From Lingula anatina (lineage: Eukaryota; Animalia; Brachiopoda): DNA of 64,000 bases. How positions within the stretch are numbered: the first letter of the stretch is position 1; every line of letters begins with the position of its first letter. Shown here one piece after another: positions 49,439 to 64,000 of the stretch. Under the pieces are notes generated by a model. It was not told where the DNA came from. It saw only the letters and a list, made by a program, of their open reading frames with translations, and did no database searches. The stretch spans positions 19,034,001 to 19,098,000 of the forward strand of contig CM120642.1 in the NCBI GenBank assembly GCA_051362555.1. Reading direction: 5' to 3'. The position numbers and the translations under genes were made by a program.

Positions 49439-51745
49439 ATGGAATGTCTGCTGAGAGTAGGCCTGTTGGCTCTCCTTTGCTCCTGTGCCACTGGTGGGTA
49501 TATATTTACTATATTTACTATACAGCTTAATATTTACTATACACCTGAATATACAAAATTTAAATTTTACACCACGCAGTAACTCAATAGGTCTAAGGCT
49601 ACTTCGCAACGCATAGGATATATTTTGTGGGCAGGGGATTGGGGTGGGAGGGGTTGGATGGGCGTGGTCCACGTGTACTCTTGCCTTCAGTTTCAGCGAT
49701 GGGGATCAACGACTGTCTGTTTAGTACGGTTGAAACCCGGTCGAAGTGAAATAAACACTTGTATAACAGTTATTACCTAGACTTTCGTGCATATTCTGTG
49801 TTATATATGATCGCATTCAGCATCATCACAATTGCAGTGTCTCCCTGACGAATAAGCGGGCTTTTATGTGTGAAAGAGGCGATGCATGTGGGCTGATCTG
49901 CTAGTAGTAGCTCATTTTGCTTGGCACAGGGCTCATCAAACAGTTTTTAAAGATATTACATTTAATCATTTGCCCATGTGTTCAGCTTTTTGGAGAAGCG
50001 TTTTTCGTAATGTGCATATTGGTACTTGCAACAAATGATATGTATCAATAAAATGTGTATTTAAGTCTAGTGTGTTATAGGCATATGCATATGAACATTT
50101 GTGTGCGTAAATGTATCTAGCATGTGAAATATATAACATCAAATTTTATCCCTACGTTTAGGCGTGAGCCAGCCCTCTCTTAGCGGAACCTTCCTACCGG
50201 GGACGTCGATTCTCTACCTTGGGTGTAACACGCCCAGTCGCAACAGCAGCGCCCTCTCGTGGTTCAAAGAAGACCCGATTGATTACAGTCTGTCTCTGTT
50301 CACGTCAAATCCTGACCTCGAGTTCCAGTCGGTGGCTGCTAGCGACGCTGCCTGTTATTACTGCAACCTTGAAGGAGATGTGGTTGATTTTGTGTGTCTG
50401 GATGTTCCGGCCCAACAAAGTAAGAACTCTGACGTGGATTCTTGTTTCTGTGTAAAATGAAAATCTTAAAATTGAGAAATATTTTATATTTGAAAAACTC
50501 AGTTTTACTTGAGATATTCAGTTACATTCAGCACCAAAATTACGCCCAATAATTCATCAATAGATTACTCACTACAGAATCTACTTTCGAGGCACCACAA
50601 CGAGGGTGTGAAACCTACTACTTCCACAAGCGATATAATATGAAAATAAGAGGCTTGTCTTCACATTCATAAAAAGTCTTCTATAAAGCCATCAATCTTT
50701 TTATCATTATTATTTTTTATGATTATAGGTGGGGTGGTGGAATTGTCTTACACCGGAGTCTTCGTGGAAGGAAGCACATTTGAATATTTCGGCTGCAGCA
50801 AAGGAGGTAGAGACGCCAGTAACGTCCAGTGGTACGCAGTGAACCCTGGGAGCAACCAGACATTTCACAGCCAGTTCACGCTGGCGTTCACCTCCTTGGC
50901 GCCGGAGGACACAGGGTACTATCACTGCATGTATAACGGAGAGTTGGTGGACAAGGTGTTCATTAATGTCACTGAGGCAGCTGTACCAGGTGAGTCCAAG
51001 GGAATGTTGTCCCTACTCTTCCACATTTTTCAACAATGTCAGTCACATTTTTTTTCTTAGATCAATTTGCTTCCTAACCTGTATTCGATTACACTCTTTG
51101 ATATTGATATGTATGTTACACTAATACCATACGTACCCGCTAATTTGTTAGTCGGCGAACAAGCGACTAATTGTGAAGAAATAAGATATTTTCGAACTTT
51201 TTTTCAAATTAAACAAAATGCACTGGGGATTGGTTTTGAGAAGTTGACAATTGAACCCAGAAAAATCTTGGATGCTATTGTAAAAAAATGAAAAAAATAA
51301 CCTGTTAATTTAACTGGTTAATACATCGCATGTCTAAAACACAGAAATAAAGCAAATTTCGTCTACTGACCCTTTTTACGCCATCAATGGTCCGTTGCCT
51401 AAAATAGTACATAATACGACGAGCTTAATCCAATGATAGGCCTACTGGTAGCTCGCCTTTTATGAGAAATAACGCTCAGTGTGGTACGTGTACCAATGTA
51501 CCATATTTTTACAGTGACATTGCCTTTCTTTTGCAGAATGCACCGGCGATAACACAGGACAGGTAGACAAGGTGACAGAAGCGCCACCTAAGGCTCTCAC
51601 TAGGGATGAGATAATATTCATAGCAATAGGAGCAGTGTTATTCGTTCTCATGCTTCTCCTGTTTATCTGGGCAGTTTGCTGGTGCTGTGCATGCGTGCAA
51701 ATGAAGCGGGCCACGGGGAAAAGTGAGTAAAATTGCATTACATGT

Positions 51746-51777
<32 letters not shown>

Positions 51778-53223
51778 ACGAGTGCGTGTGTTTGGATACG
51801 CGCACAGACATTTCTTTTATAGCTGAAGAACACACTGATAGTTGGTCCAAATTAATTAATGCATCTTTTTCACATTGTATATTGAAAAATTACATTGTTC
51901 AATCATTTTGAAAAAAGGTCTACTACAACAAAAATGAAAATATATTAAAAAAGACAAAAATTACATGTTATGAATTTAAAATCCCTTTCAATGCATTTTC
52001 CTTAGTCTTGCCTAAATGCAGTGTTAATATTACTATCTCCTCTTTAACTGATCACAGTAATAGTCCACTCCACAAGCATATGCGACTCAATATCTTCGCT
52101 TATTTTCTTACTGTTTTCAATTTATTCAAAATCGCATGCATTGTGTTTGTACATGTAGGCATACCTGGATCTGATGCTTATTTTTAGTGATATATTTAAT
52201 TTATTTACTTTCTAGACATGTGCTGCCCGTGTTGGATGACTTCAGTTATCATACCGGTGGAAGAGGATGCACCGTACGTAATATGCATTATGCGCTTGAG
52301 TTTTATGAATATGAATATAGTTTTCCTTGTAATGTTTTTCATATTTCAAAGCATAGTGCTCACGACTGAATATTTGTTATCAAACTTTTCCCAGAGCTTT
52401 GGACCATTACCTGTTGCCTTGATCACTTTGAAATATAATGTTGATGGCATGATTTTATGTCTGGAACATTGTTATACATAATCTTATATCTGTTTTTAAC
52501 AACGATCACGAATTAAATAACTGGTTAATACAAATGCTCGTGTGACTGAATAACTTCTTATTTTATTCCTTTCGCTTAATATTTTGTCACTCAACTGTAG
52601 GACCCTTCTTAAATCGAGAAAATCGGTAGCTTTAAGTATTCCAATATTTCAAGCGAGAAAAAAATACAGATTGTTGTTTTAAAGTGTGTATACATATGTA
52701 CATGACTTTAAAAACTTATTTCATTCTCTTTTCATTTCTAGACCTGTGACTCCAGCACCACCAATTCCCACAATCTCCCAAGCTGAAAAAGGGGACGCAC
52801 CACCGTTACCAAGCAAAGTCAAAAAGCACAAGTGAGTGGTACTTAAATAAGGCCTAGCAGATTTTCTTCTGAATATCTTTGTTAAATATATTTTCTTGAT
52901 TTGTTTTTTTTTCTCGATAATTAAACTACCCAACTGCTAACACTTCATTGTAGCCACAAAGAATTCCTGTTAAAGTTTTATCAATACATTAATTGTGGAT
53001 TTAATAAATTTCAACATTAAAATCTCGTTTACTGACCCATTTGATCCAGAACTCAAGTCGTTATTGTCACCGTATAATATAACCTCTCTTTTGCAGGAAG
53101 AAGCAAAGAGTATCTGACATAACAGCAGCAACGGCGGAGGCCGACAGTCATAAAAAACATCGCCAAAAGAAAAAGTTGAAAAAGCATGGAAAAGACACTA
53201 CGCATACTGTTGTCATTTCATAA
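49439..53223 (+). CDS. Type I membrane protein with two Ig-like domains (344 aa; exons 49439-49493, 50162-50419, 50729-50989, 51537-51722, 52216-52273, 52742-52831, 53097-53223)
   Basis: Signal MECLLRVGLLALLCSCATG. Two phase-1 exons each with C..W..DxxxYxC (DAACYYC, DTGYYHC). TM IIFIAIGAVLFVLMLLLFIWAVCWCC. Pro-rich then Lys-rich tail. All GT-AG junctions stay in frame. AATAAA at ~54037. Confidence 0.85.
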
Positions 53224-55779
53224 CGGCTTTTAACAGCGAAAATGAAGCGAGGCGTTACAATCACGGAAACACCCGATGTTGGTCGAACGGGTTAAATACG
53301 TACAGTACGATAGATGGATAGAGAGTGTTATATTCAAAGTTACACGATAACCCCCCTATGTAACGCAAGGCTTGCGGCTAATGCAAAAGCACATGGATAT
53401 TATATCAGTATTGTGCTAACTCAGTTAAAACATTCATGGTACACATTTAGGCTGGGTGTTTTACAGGGTTTTCAAAAGAGATTATTTGAAAATATACAGT
53501 GAATATGGTATTTCTTCCCTCATTTGGGAGACTTATTTTAGACCAGGTGTTGCAAAAATCATATCACACAAGTACTGGCAATATTGTAATGCATTTAAAC
53601 GTACTATCTCTCTAGTCTCTTGGCTGTAAATATAAGGTGCCTTGTAGTAACGTACGTAAGATGTTACTCATTGAAACATGTTCATTCTTTTCGATATTTA
53701 ATGCTGTGTATAAATGTTGTAATATGTTACTGTAAACAGAAGAAAGCAAGAAATGGTATTAATATGAGTGGGATTTTTTTAAAATGGACACTGAAAAAGA
53801 AGGCAAACACGAAAAATTGGCAAATAGTTAAGGAGTTCCCCGCTAGGTGGACTGTGGCAAAATCTTATTGCTTAGGATGCCGCCATAAATTGGAAACCCA
53901 AGAAATGGTCGCGCTCTTATGTTTTGTGCAACAAGGAACCCCTTCAGATTCACTTGTTGGTCTAATTGCATCAAAATAAAGCCGTTTTATAGGCGATTGA
54001 AACAATGCCATGTATGTAGAATTTGTACATTTTGTAAATAAAGCATTTCATAAACTATAAGAAATATGACTTGTGAAGATTTTTTTTCGACAGGCTGTTC
54101 TGTATTGATGAGTGATAAACGCTTGTTAATGAATTGGGCCACAAGAACATTAGTAAGCAGAAGCAAAAAGGTTCGTTTTGTGTTGCTTCTTTTTGTTTTG
54201 TTTTAAAATCTTACTTTACGTGTTTAAAAAATATTCGATGTACTGACAGAACCCTATGTCTTTTTTAAATGAAGAACTTTCCAACTTCCAAGGGCACAAC
54301 CAGAAGTCCTAAATCATGCAAAGACGATCATGATAAAATAGGTCTCCTAGTGGACCTATTTTTCTTTTTTTCTTTGAATAGGCAATAGAATGTGTGCCGA
54401 GCAATATCTTCAAATATACTCTGCATAATGTGTAACCTTCAACCATAAGTGACTTATAAGTGACGTTTTTTTTAATGGTTTACACAAAGAAGTAATAAAT
54501 GGCAGTATAAATGAAATACCTTGGGAGACTGCAGAATGCCTCCTACGCAATTAATGAAAGTCGGAAGTAGACGTATCCCTGTCGGCCTTCACGTATTTCG
54601 AAGATTAAATCAAAGCCGGAGAAAAGAAAACCACGTTTGTATCTTAAACGGTCTATGAAAACACAAGGTGAAAGACGAAATCATTTGCCACTCAACATTC
54701 ATCTCCGCAATGGGGTACTTGATGAATAAAGGAAATAATACTTCTACTTCAATTTGCTTTCAATTTACCAACAAATGCATATGAAAACCTAAATTAATCG
54801 AGTCTTCTGGTCTGATTTTTTTCTCCTGTGGTCGTATTCCTAGCAGATCATCATTATAAGAAAAGAGAGATCATTCAGTGTCCGGATTACAGGGCCCCAA
54901 AGATACTTTACAGCCCTAACGCGGTATATATTCTAGGATCGGTGTCGTCAAGGTGCAAATTAAGGACTTAAAGAGAGCAGCGTTATTGGCAAACAGCTTT
55001 CTCGTGCAAACAATAAGCAGCTGATTGATCAATCCTTTCGAAGTTTATTGGCAATAATCGTCGTCTTTTTTGATTGCTAGGAGATTTTCATTCATGGTTT
55101 CTATCCTTAGACTGAATGGCTTTCTGAGGTCTTGCTAATAAGTGGAAATATGATTCAGCAAAGAGATAGAACCATTCGATAATGTAGAATGACGTGCCCA
55201 ACCTTAATCCCACTAAGACGACGTATAAAAGAAAAAAATCTGGATTCAGTCAAAGCACAAAAGGACTTACAGGATTTCTTTTATTAAAGCGCCTCTTTTT
55301 TGTCAGGGAATGTGATCAAGAAAATCGTACTGTACAACAGATAGGTGGTGATCGTAGAAGAATTGTGTATCTTACGGGTATATAATAACGTATGTATACA
55401 GCCCTTAATCTAATGCATCTTCTTGCTTGAGATACTGAAGAGGGTTAGAGCACAGTAGGCTGAAATATTTCGAACGTTTATTTCAAGAAATCGTCTTCTT
55501 TGGCTCGTGCATTCCACGACATTACTTGCCTGTGGGTTTGCTTCAGGGGTTATAATACGTGTGGATAATTTCTCTTTATGGTAAAGCAGAATACCAAAAG
55601 GGAAAAGATACAGAATTACATAACACAGACAGCAACCGATCGATTTGGCATTTGCCACGAGCAGTAGGCGTAAAAGCCCCGGGGTATTTAGATTTCCTCC
55701 TTACTTTGTGCCCTTAAAGATAACTCCAGGAGGCTTAAACATCGTATTATCAATTGACTAACTCCTGGATACAAGAACG

Positions 55780-58700
55780 ATGCCTGTGGCCAGCAATAGT
55801 GTTATACAGATATATATTCTACTGACTTTAGTGATACTTCTAACGCTGCCACAGCCTAGGGGTATGGTTTCGGGCGCGAGCGTGAAGTCAATAATAAAGA
55901 CACTGGCGCGAGCCAAGGAACGTTTAGACGTAATAACAGAAGGACCAAATTACCAGAGCACATACACGGACGATTTGGTGGATAAAAAAGAAGAGTTTCC
56001 ATTCATGGTTAATTTAGATGCTGAATCCGTTTTAAAGTGGGGTATAAACAGTCATGAAAAAACAATACGTTTTCAAGTAACCGTTCCGAAATTGGTATCA
56101 GGAATCGGAGTTGGGTTTTCTGACTACGGGCAGACGTCTTATACCGACTGGGCGTTATTGTGGAGCGACCTGAAAGGAAAATCACATTTTCAGGTACGGT
56201 ATGGTTTGAAACGTATGCATCTAATTCAGAATACAGTATTTCATGCTCATTAAACGATGGTACAAGTTCACTTACCAACTTGAATAATTACTGGTTTAAA
56301 AGACACTCTTTAACCTTTTCAGAGTTTAGTAAAACTTCGAGTGTTTAATGGTATGATAACCCTGGTAATTATTTTACACTTCTTCCATTGACATAACGTG
56401 GCGTGTCTGTTTGAAGAAAAAAAATTTAGCCAAATTTAAAAAGACCTTCCATAAAATGCATCAATCGCGCCAATAACACTCACACTGCGCAATAAGTTTT
56501 ATTTGAATTTGTATATTTCACGCTCATTTATTTAGATAAAACTTGAGGCTTTATGTATTTCATTATATTTGTTGTTTGATTAAACAAGAACGTAGTGACA
56601 TCAGGGCTTTAGAGGAGTAATAATTATCGTAATTTAATTAAACAGTGATAAGATGCCGTCCACTCAAATCTACTCTTATCTTAGATTTAAATACGCGCAC
56701 AACCATCGAATGAATCTGACTGAGCATTGATCAAGTGTCAGCGGAGCCGCTTTAATATATCTGTTACATTCGTTAAGGCTTTCTTTGTATTAGACTTTGG
56801 CATAGTACTCGGTTGTAATATCTCCCTTACAGCCAAGATTCATTCATTTTTATTTTGACATTTGACAAAAATGACATTTCTTTTAGAGATATTTTCACCA
56901 ATTTTACCTGTTCAAAGCATGGGGAATCGTAGTAATCCAATACCTATCAGATGTGTTACTTACTTGATTTTGATAACACAAATTGATAATAATAATAATT
57001 TAAATATTAAATAATAATAATAATAATTGAAATATTAAATAACTAAAGGTAAAAAAGAGGGAAAAACTCCCGCTGTGTCCTTATAATGTTATACAAACTT
57101 TACGAGATAAAAACGACTTATTTTGGTAATGTAGTATTGAATTATATTTCAGGACTATTGGAGTGACAACAAAAGTATTCTTCATCGGGATAAAGGTCAG
57201 GATTATCGGCTTATTGGTCTATCGAAGGAAGAAAAACAGACACAGCTTACGTTCGAGAGGGCGTATGACACATGTGACCGTCATGATTACGTCATTGACG
57301 TAGGTTGAAAATAATTGTTTATAAAAGCACTGAGTGCAATCGATCTGTTTTCACCGTAATTAACCAGTGTTTGCCCACCTGCCAGTTACCATCAAATATC
57401 TCTGATAAACATTTGTTAACCTTATTCAAGCTTTACCTTTTGTTTAAAGAATGCGTAGTTGTAAATATTTTTTCTGTCTTCTTTTCTGATATCAAAAACG
57501 CAATTAGATTTCGTAGAGGATGATATTCAACATTGATTGACCGTATACGACTGTAACTTAAGGAATTTATAACAGAAGTTTTTCTGTACATGCATTTAAG
57601 ACCACAACAAGAGAATAGTTATCTGGTACCGATATAGGCATCTTGCATGCTATTTCTGGTTATTATTTACCGGACGTGTGACTTTGTTCCTCATATGATA
57701 GGCCTACCATTTTTGTACTGAAATTAAGATAAAAGAGTTTGTATGATTACAGTATAAAAAAAGGTAAAGACTATTTACATTTCTTTGATTTCTAACTTAA
57801 AAGATTCCGTTGTTTTATTTCATTTTTATCTTTTTAGAATGGAACCACACATATTCTGTTTTACACAGCAGACGGTAATATCGCGTCACCAGATGGCGTT
57901 AATGTCTCCCATACGTCACCAATCCTCCAAAGAGTGCAGCTTCTCAAACCAGGCATAGAGTTGCCCTCATTGCCCGACGACGCCCACACTTTCGAAATTC
58001 TGGCACCGAATGTGAGTAGGCCTAATATCTATGAACTCGATGAAAGAAAAGCATGATAAATCTTATATTTAACCGAACGTTATTTTCTCTCATTCCAAAT
58101 GATGATCAATGCAAAGTTGGGTTGATTTGATTTTTGTCGGTCGTACCCATTTAAATCGGGCAATCATAAATCAGTGAATGCTTACAATCTTTTGGAAACA
58201 ATCTAAAAAGACTTAATGAATTGTCGTTTGTTGTGTTTAAAATAAACCACGCATATAAGCTTCAAGTTGGAATGTGGAGCAAGATATTTGCAAAATTCGT
58301 CTATTTATTATTATGAATTTGTCTATTTATTGTTATGACGACGTACCTACATGTAATTCCATACTCAAAAGTCTATACGTCGCAAAAGTATCCTTTTCAT
58401 TCTAATAAAAAAGAATCCCGCGAATCTTAAAGGGATAATAACTCTTCGAATGAGTTCTATATTTCACAATAAAAACATTGTGAACAACTCACAGAAATAT
58501 AATACATTCTGCTTTACCACAAAAACGGCAGTTATAGCTACATGTATTATTCTGATATCTGAGCTTGTCTTTAGACCACGTCACCTCCATAGATGACTAT
58601 ACTTTATACTTTTCTAAAAAAACTTTTTAGAAAAAAACCAGGGACTAACTTTGAATGTAAAAATGGATTCATTAACCATTGGTAAGTATGGGAAAATTGT

Positions 58701-61700
58701 TGTTTACTCCAGGGAAATTCATTTTTTGGCCAAAACGAAGATTTATTATCCCTTTAACTGAAACCTGTTGAGTTACACATGCAAATTGATCTAATCACGA
58801 AGAGCAAGGGTTATTAAGGACCTAAATTTGATTGATTTTGTCCCCATGATCAGGTAACAGTGCCAGCGGAAGAGACCACATATTGGTGCTACGTGGCCAC
58901 CATGCCGCGTCTCACGGCAAAACACCACATCGTGCAGGTAGGTTGGCAGAATTATAGCTGTGGAAAGCCCCCTATACACTGGACGGCGTCCTTTCTGCCT
59001 CTCGTGGTACGGCCCCGTTTGAGAATAAAAAAATACTTTGTGCCGACAACTGGCCAATCATTGAACATTCATTCTGTACCCAAAGCCAGTTTCATGGTCG
59101 CACAAAGGACGCAGAAAGGACGCCGTCCAAGTGTAATTTTTTTTACTCCCCTTCAGTCCAGTCCTAGCATTATGACCTCCATCTACCAGTAGGGTTATTT
59201 TGCATGTTAACTGCTTTCAAGGTGAGGAATAAAACCTTTTGATGACAAAACTTGAACCTACCTGACAACTGAGTACCAGATGCGAAGGTAAACCCTTCGA
59301 TTACAAAAGTTGAACCTACACGTGTTTTTAGCTTTGAATAGTTGTCGCCATAAATCAAATTCAGGGAGACGAATAATCATAACCGATACCTCTCTTCAGA
59401 ACGTAAAAACCTTGCGGACAACATGAAGATCTGAGCTTTTGAATGCACAAATCTCTGGAGTGCCGGTATTAGATAAGATTTGCATTTGTAAAAACTTTTA
59501 TGTTTCATCATAACACTAACAGGTGTGTTCTATCCTAAGTTCGAGGCAGTGATTAAGCCAGGAAACGAGCATTTAGTTCACCACATGGAGGTGTTCCACT
59601 GTGAAGTTCCGCCCAACAAAGTAGTCCCCAGCTACAACGCGCTGTGTCACGCGGAGACAAAACCAGAACAACTGAAAAGCTGCACCCGAGTGATTGGAGC
59701 TTGGGCCAAAGGCGCACAAGTGAGTGATTAAGATACTCATATCATATCATATCATACCATATCCTTATATCAAGTTAAAAGTTAAGTTTTTTAGTAGACG
59801 TTGCATAGCAAATGTAATGGAAAGAGAGCGCTGTTCACACCGACTGAGAAAAAAGCTTCAGGCTTAGTTTTTTTTTTTTTTTTTTTGAAGAAATTTTAAG
59901 AAATCAAGTGCAATTCCTTGCCTCTGAAAGTGTTCCACTAATACGTTTTTAACGTCCATGCAGCCTTCAAGACTAAAAGTTTCATAAAAAAGCTCTCAGA
60001 TTAGCCACTGTCGGAAGTTAGGTCCTTGAAGTTCTTTGAACCTGTTTGCTACTGGCTCTTCTTTTGCAATCACAAAACCAGTATAATTATTTTTTGAAAT
60101 ACTAACCAAAATCTGCATTAAATTTTCAGCCTTTTGTTTACCCGTTAGAAGCTGGCTATTCCGTTGGCGGCCCTTCCTATTCAACTTTTGTGTTGTTAGA
60201 GGTTCATTATAACAACCCTGACCGACTAAAAGGTGGGTTTTCTGTGAATATCTTTATTGTTTGGTATCCATATCTTCTGTCTTGGTGAAAATAAAATATT
60301 ATTCGGCTGCACATGTTTCATATATTGGCCAGATTTGTAACGGCTTTCATTTTAATATTTATTTTTTTATTATTTTCTCAATAAACTAGTAAAATATAGA
60401 TATTTTAATTATTTTCTCTTCAACAAACAAGTAAAATATAGCCATATGCACGTCGAAAACACGCATATTTGATTAAAAAATAAAGTGACGTAATTGTGCC
60501 TCTATGTGTCTTTAAAGACCAGTCTAACTTATTACATGGAAACAGAAATGTAGACGAAATTTCCGCGACCGGAGTAGATAGTTAAACATTTTGGTCAATG
60601 GGCGACGCTAGTTGGACCAGTTCACAGTTAAACATGGGCATAATTTGTACTGACCTTTTAATATGAGGCTTGTCCTTTAAAGGAAATGTGGATAGCTCTG
60701 GGATCCGTTTCCACTACACACCCAAGCTACGCGCCTACGACGCCGGGGTGATGGAGCTCGGGCTGATATACTCCAACGCGATGGCGGTGCCACCGGGTCG
60801 TGAGATCTTCAAACTTTCCGGGCATTGCGTGTCTCATTGCACAGAAAAGGTACTTCCGAGAGGGTAAAATTGATTAGCTTGGGTTCATGTCGACGTGATG
60901 TTTTATTTCCCGTAGAAATAAAAACGTTAAAGATGAAAAATATGTCACAAATAAAATACTGATTCTAGTAACAAAGGGAATGAGTGCCCAGTTTACGTAG
61001 ATCAAAGCATGTTTTTTAAACTTCCATTCTTACTGTCAGTCCTTTTCCCTTATTTCAAGGGTCTTCCAAAAGCTGGAATTAAGATATTTGCATCTCAACT
61101 ACACACACATCTTACTGGACGCCGAGTTTACACGAAGCACATTAGGGAGGGTACGGAACTGCCCGAACTTAACCGAGATAACCACTACAGTCCACATTTT
61201 CAGGAAATCCGTCTTCTACCGGAACCAAGACTCGTTTATCCGGTAAATATATGTATTTTGAATTTGTCATTGGTGCGCTAGAAATAACGAGTAATTGTGA
61301 ATAGTGGTCAACTCTGAGGCATTTGTGATGAATCTAATGCCTCTCAACCTCAAGGACAAATAATTAGCGTTACTTTTTTCCTGAAAGTTCAGCACTTTTC
61401 TCTTAAAATCCAATGTACACCATATAGGGCTCCTGTCAAAATTACAAGTCGAAAGATTCGAGTCAAAAAAAAAAAAAAAAACAAAAAAACAAAAAAAAAA
61501 CTTATTTTTGAGTAACTTTCGTAATAGAGATATAGACTGGTGGATATATCTTGAAAGCTTAAATTAGAATTTTAGAACCCAAAAACAAGTATAAAGATCG
61601 CGATTTTCTCAACAGTTTTGGGTAAAATATTTTTTGGTGATTAAAAGGGAATGTTAAAATTTCTTGAAATGTTTTTTTTTCGATGTAAACGTCTTACGAG

Positions 61701-63003
61701 GACTGCGTACCTCTAAATACTTTATTCAAAGTGCCATGGGTATGTTACCATGCTGCTTTTATCTTGTGATATTTGACACTGTTTAAAAAACAATATATTT
61801 TAGGATCTTTTAGGACTGTGTCGTATTCGTTTACTGTATAAATGCAGTGAGATGTTGATTTTTTCTTAGGGAGATGGGCTGATAACAATATGCGAGGACA
61901 ATACGATGAAGAGACAAAATGTCACCATGGTGAGTTGAAATATTTACAAACAGCATTGTTTGAAATTCATGCCAGTTTATCATGGTAACAAACAGTTATA
62001 TAGTGCTCTTATGTTCCAAACAAAGTAGCCCTTAGTCTCAATTCAATGAAATTCCAATTTATAAATCTTTAGACTAATGAACCTCCCGACTGTAAGGACG
62101 CACCAAAAGCATAAATTAATAATAATAATAATAATATTGTCAGTAAGATGTCACTTTAAGATCGTCTTTGTAGGTACATATATCTATATGGATATGCACA
62201 TTTTTTTCTTTTGGTTTCCTCAGAGTGGTTTCAGTATTGCTGACGAGATGTGTGTGAACTACGTCCATTACTATCCTAAAGTGGACCTGGAGGTGTGCAA
62301 GAGTTCTATAGACCCGGGGGTGCTGTCAAGATACTTCACCTATATGAAAAAGTATATGCCTATTTTATCTTGAAAACTAAGGATTATGTTTTGTAAAAAT
62401 GATTCTTTTCTTCCACCAACAAAGTTGATAAAGAAATTACTTGTAGTTCTCGGTTGCGTAAAATAAACTAAAACTGTTAGTAGGAGACTCCAAATAATCG
62501 CTAAGAAAGTGGTTGACGTTGTGTAGCAGTGCACCTAAAATTTAAAAAAGTTAAAATCTTTTCCAACGATGACCCCAATCTTTTTTACAACGACAGTCAA
62601 TAATTATAAACCATGCTACTCCTACTCAAATAACCCGATGACTTGTGAAAATCTATTAAAAAGGAGATTCTGATACCTGTAAAACAATTAAATAGCGACC
62701 ACTCTTTGTGATGAGTCCGATTGCCGACTTGTATTTTGCACAGATTTTGTATATCAATTGAAAAATGAAAATTGTATTCACTTGAGCATTTGACCAACAT
62801 TCTAGATTCTTCCAAGCGGACACGTCGCCGCAGAAGTCCCTAAGGGAAAATTATTCCTCCATACCTTGGACAAATGAGACGTCTACGCAGCTCCAGTCTC
62901 TCTACGATAACTTTCCTCTGGAAGTGGAGTGTAGACGATCATCGGGGGAATTGTTTCCGGTAGGTACTGTAAGGCATCCATAGAATTTTGATGTGCTTCG
63001 ATT

Positions 63004-63060
<57 letters not shown>

Positions 63061-63258
63061 TTTTTTTTATATTAACCGCTTAACTGATTTAAAGGTACCA
63101 ACTTTTCCACCTTCCAGGGCACGTGGACAGAAGTTTCACAAGATCGAATCACCAAACCGTTTCACGCAGACGATGACCCGTGCAGCGAGGTGTCGCTGAT
63201 GCAGGATGCGGTCATGACCATTGAAAAGTCGGAACTTGATGAAAGGACTATGTATTAA
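55780..63258 (+). CDS. DBH: Dopamine/tyramine beta-hydroxylase (copper type II ascorbate-dependent monooxygenase), 644 aa, 12 exons: 55780-56193, 57153-57299, 57838-58011, 58854-58937, 59540-59719, 60130-60232, 60683-60849, 61060-61242, 61870-61929, 62224-62351, 62806-62959, 63118-63258
   Basis: Signal/anchor and DOMON domain (GFSDYG, FERAYDTCDRHDY), ETTYWC, CuH ligands LVHHMEVFHC and LEVHYNNP, DSSGIR, CuM ligands QLHTHLTG and DEMCVNYVHYYP, and NRDNHYSPHFQEIR. The reading frame is continuous across all GT-AG junctions. DBH versus TBH cannot be settled by eye. Confidence 0.95.
63008..63060. repeat. (CT)n(CA)n compound microsatellite in the last DBH intron
   Basis: Seen directly in the sequence. 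Confidence 0.95.
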
Positions 63259-64000
63259 CTATGGAGCATCGTTTTCCTCTTCCTTTGGGCAGTGGGCGAC
63301 GTGTATTTGAATTTGATCGTAATTGAAATTTGAAATTCTTCATATTTTAACAGATACGATTCAATTTTAAAGGTGGTGGACAATAAATGTAGCCTAAAGG
63401 CGTTTTTCAGCATCTACCACACCGCATGCCAAAAAAAAAAAAAAAAAAGACAGTTATTTTAAAATTTTACATATACTGATGAACATCACTAGTTTTAGAC
63501 ACATCAACACTTTGCTAGTGAATAGTTTAAATGCTACATTGGAACATTTAACGGAAAAAGCATGGCGATGTTACTACATGTACTAGTAAATATTTTCCAA
63601 CAAGGGTCAAGGGCCTTCCTTCTTGCAACTCCCAGATTTTGATGTATTAACATTAATTAAAATACTTAAAAACCGATATTTTTTTTTACTTTATTTGAAT
63701 GGATTGATAAGTGTTTCAATAGACCCTAACTAATACATTTTAATGATGCGTCCAAACTCTTCTTTAAAAAACTTAAAGCTTAATTTTTTCATCATATCAG
63801 GTGATATAAAGCGAGGTAGATATATTTACATTTGAACCTTGCATATTTTTTGAAAGAAAATATATCAGTTGGTACAAAAAACATATGGCTCTTAACACAA
63901 TCATTATCAAAATAATATACTTTCTTGAAAAAGATATTGAAATGGTTCAAATTTGGGAGCATTGACGCATTGATGAAAATATTGTTTTAGCGCTGAAGAG

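Overview
AT-rich, intron-containing animal DNA, probably from a marine invertebrate (species cannot be determined from the sequence). In order: (1) the 5' half of a Ty3/Gypsy LTR retrotransposon on the minus strand (LTR, tRNA-Lys PBS, RRM/PNMA-type gag, -1 frameshift into pol protease); (2) 4.1-24 kb, a tandem cluster that the ORF track almost misses: five 3-exon minus-strand genes plus one relic. They encode small secreted precursors of signal peptide + short Arg-rich cationic segment + acidic C-terminal piece, a host-defence-peptide-like layout that I cannot assign to a named family. The cluster contains many MITEs. (3) 25.7-41.4 kb, a higher-order satellite with internal inversions, interrupted by a 3.9-kb Helentron-type (HINE-like) element carrying its own ~161-bp tandem array; (4) a large exon of an unknown, probably GPI-anchored protein; (5) a 7-exon gene for a two-Ig type I membrane protein; (6) a complete 12-exon dopamine/tyramine beta-hydroxylase gene. 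Gene models were assembled by hand from GT-AG junctions and reading-frame continuity. No database searches were run.
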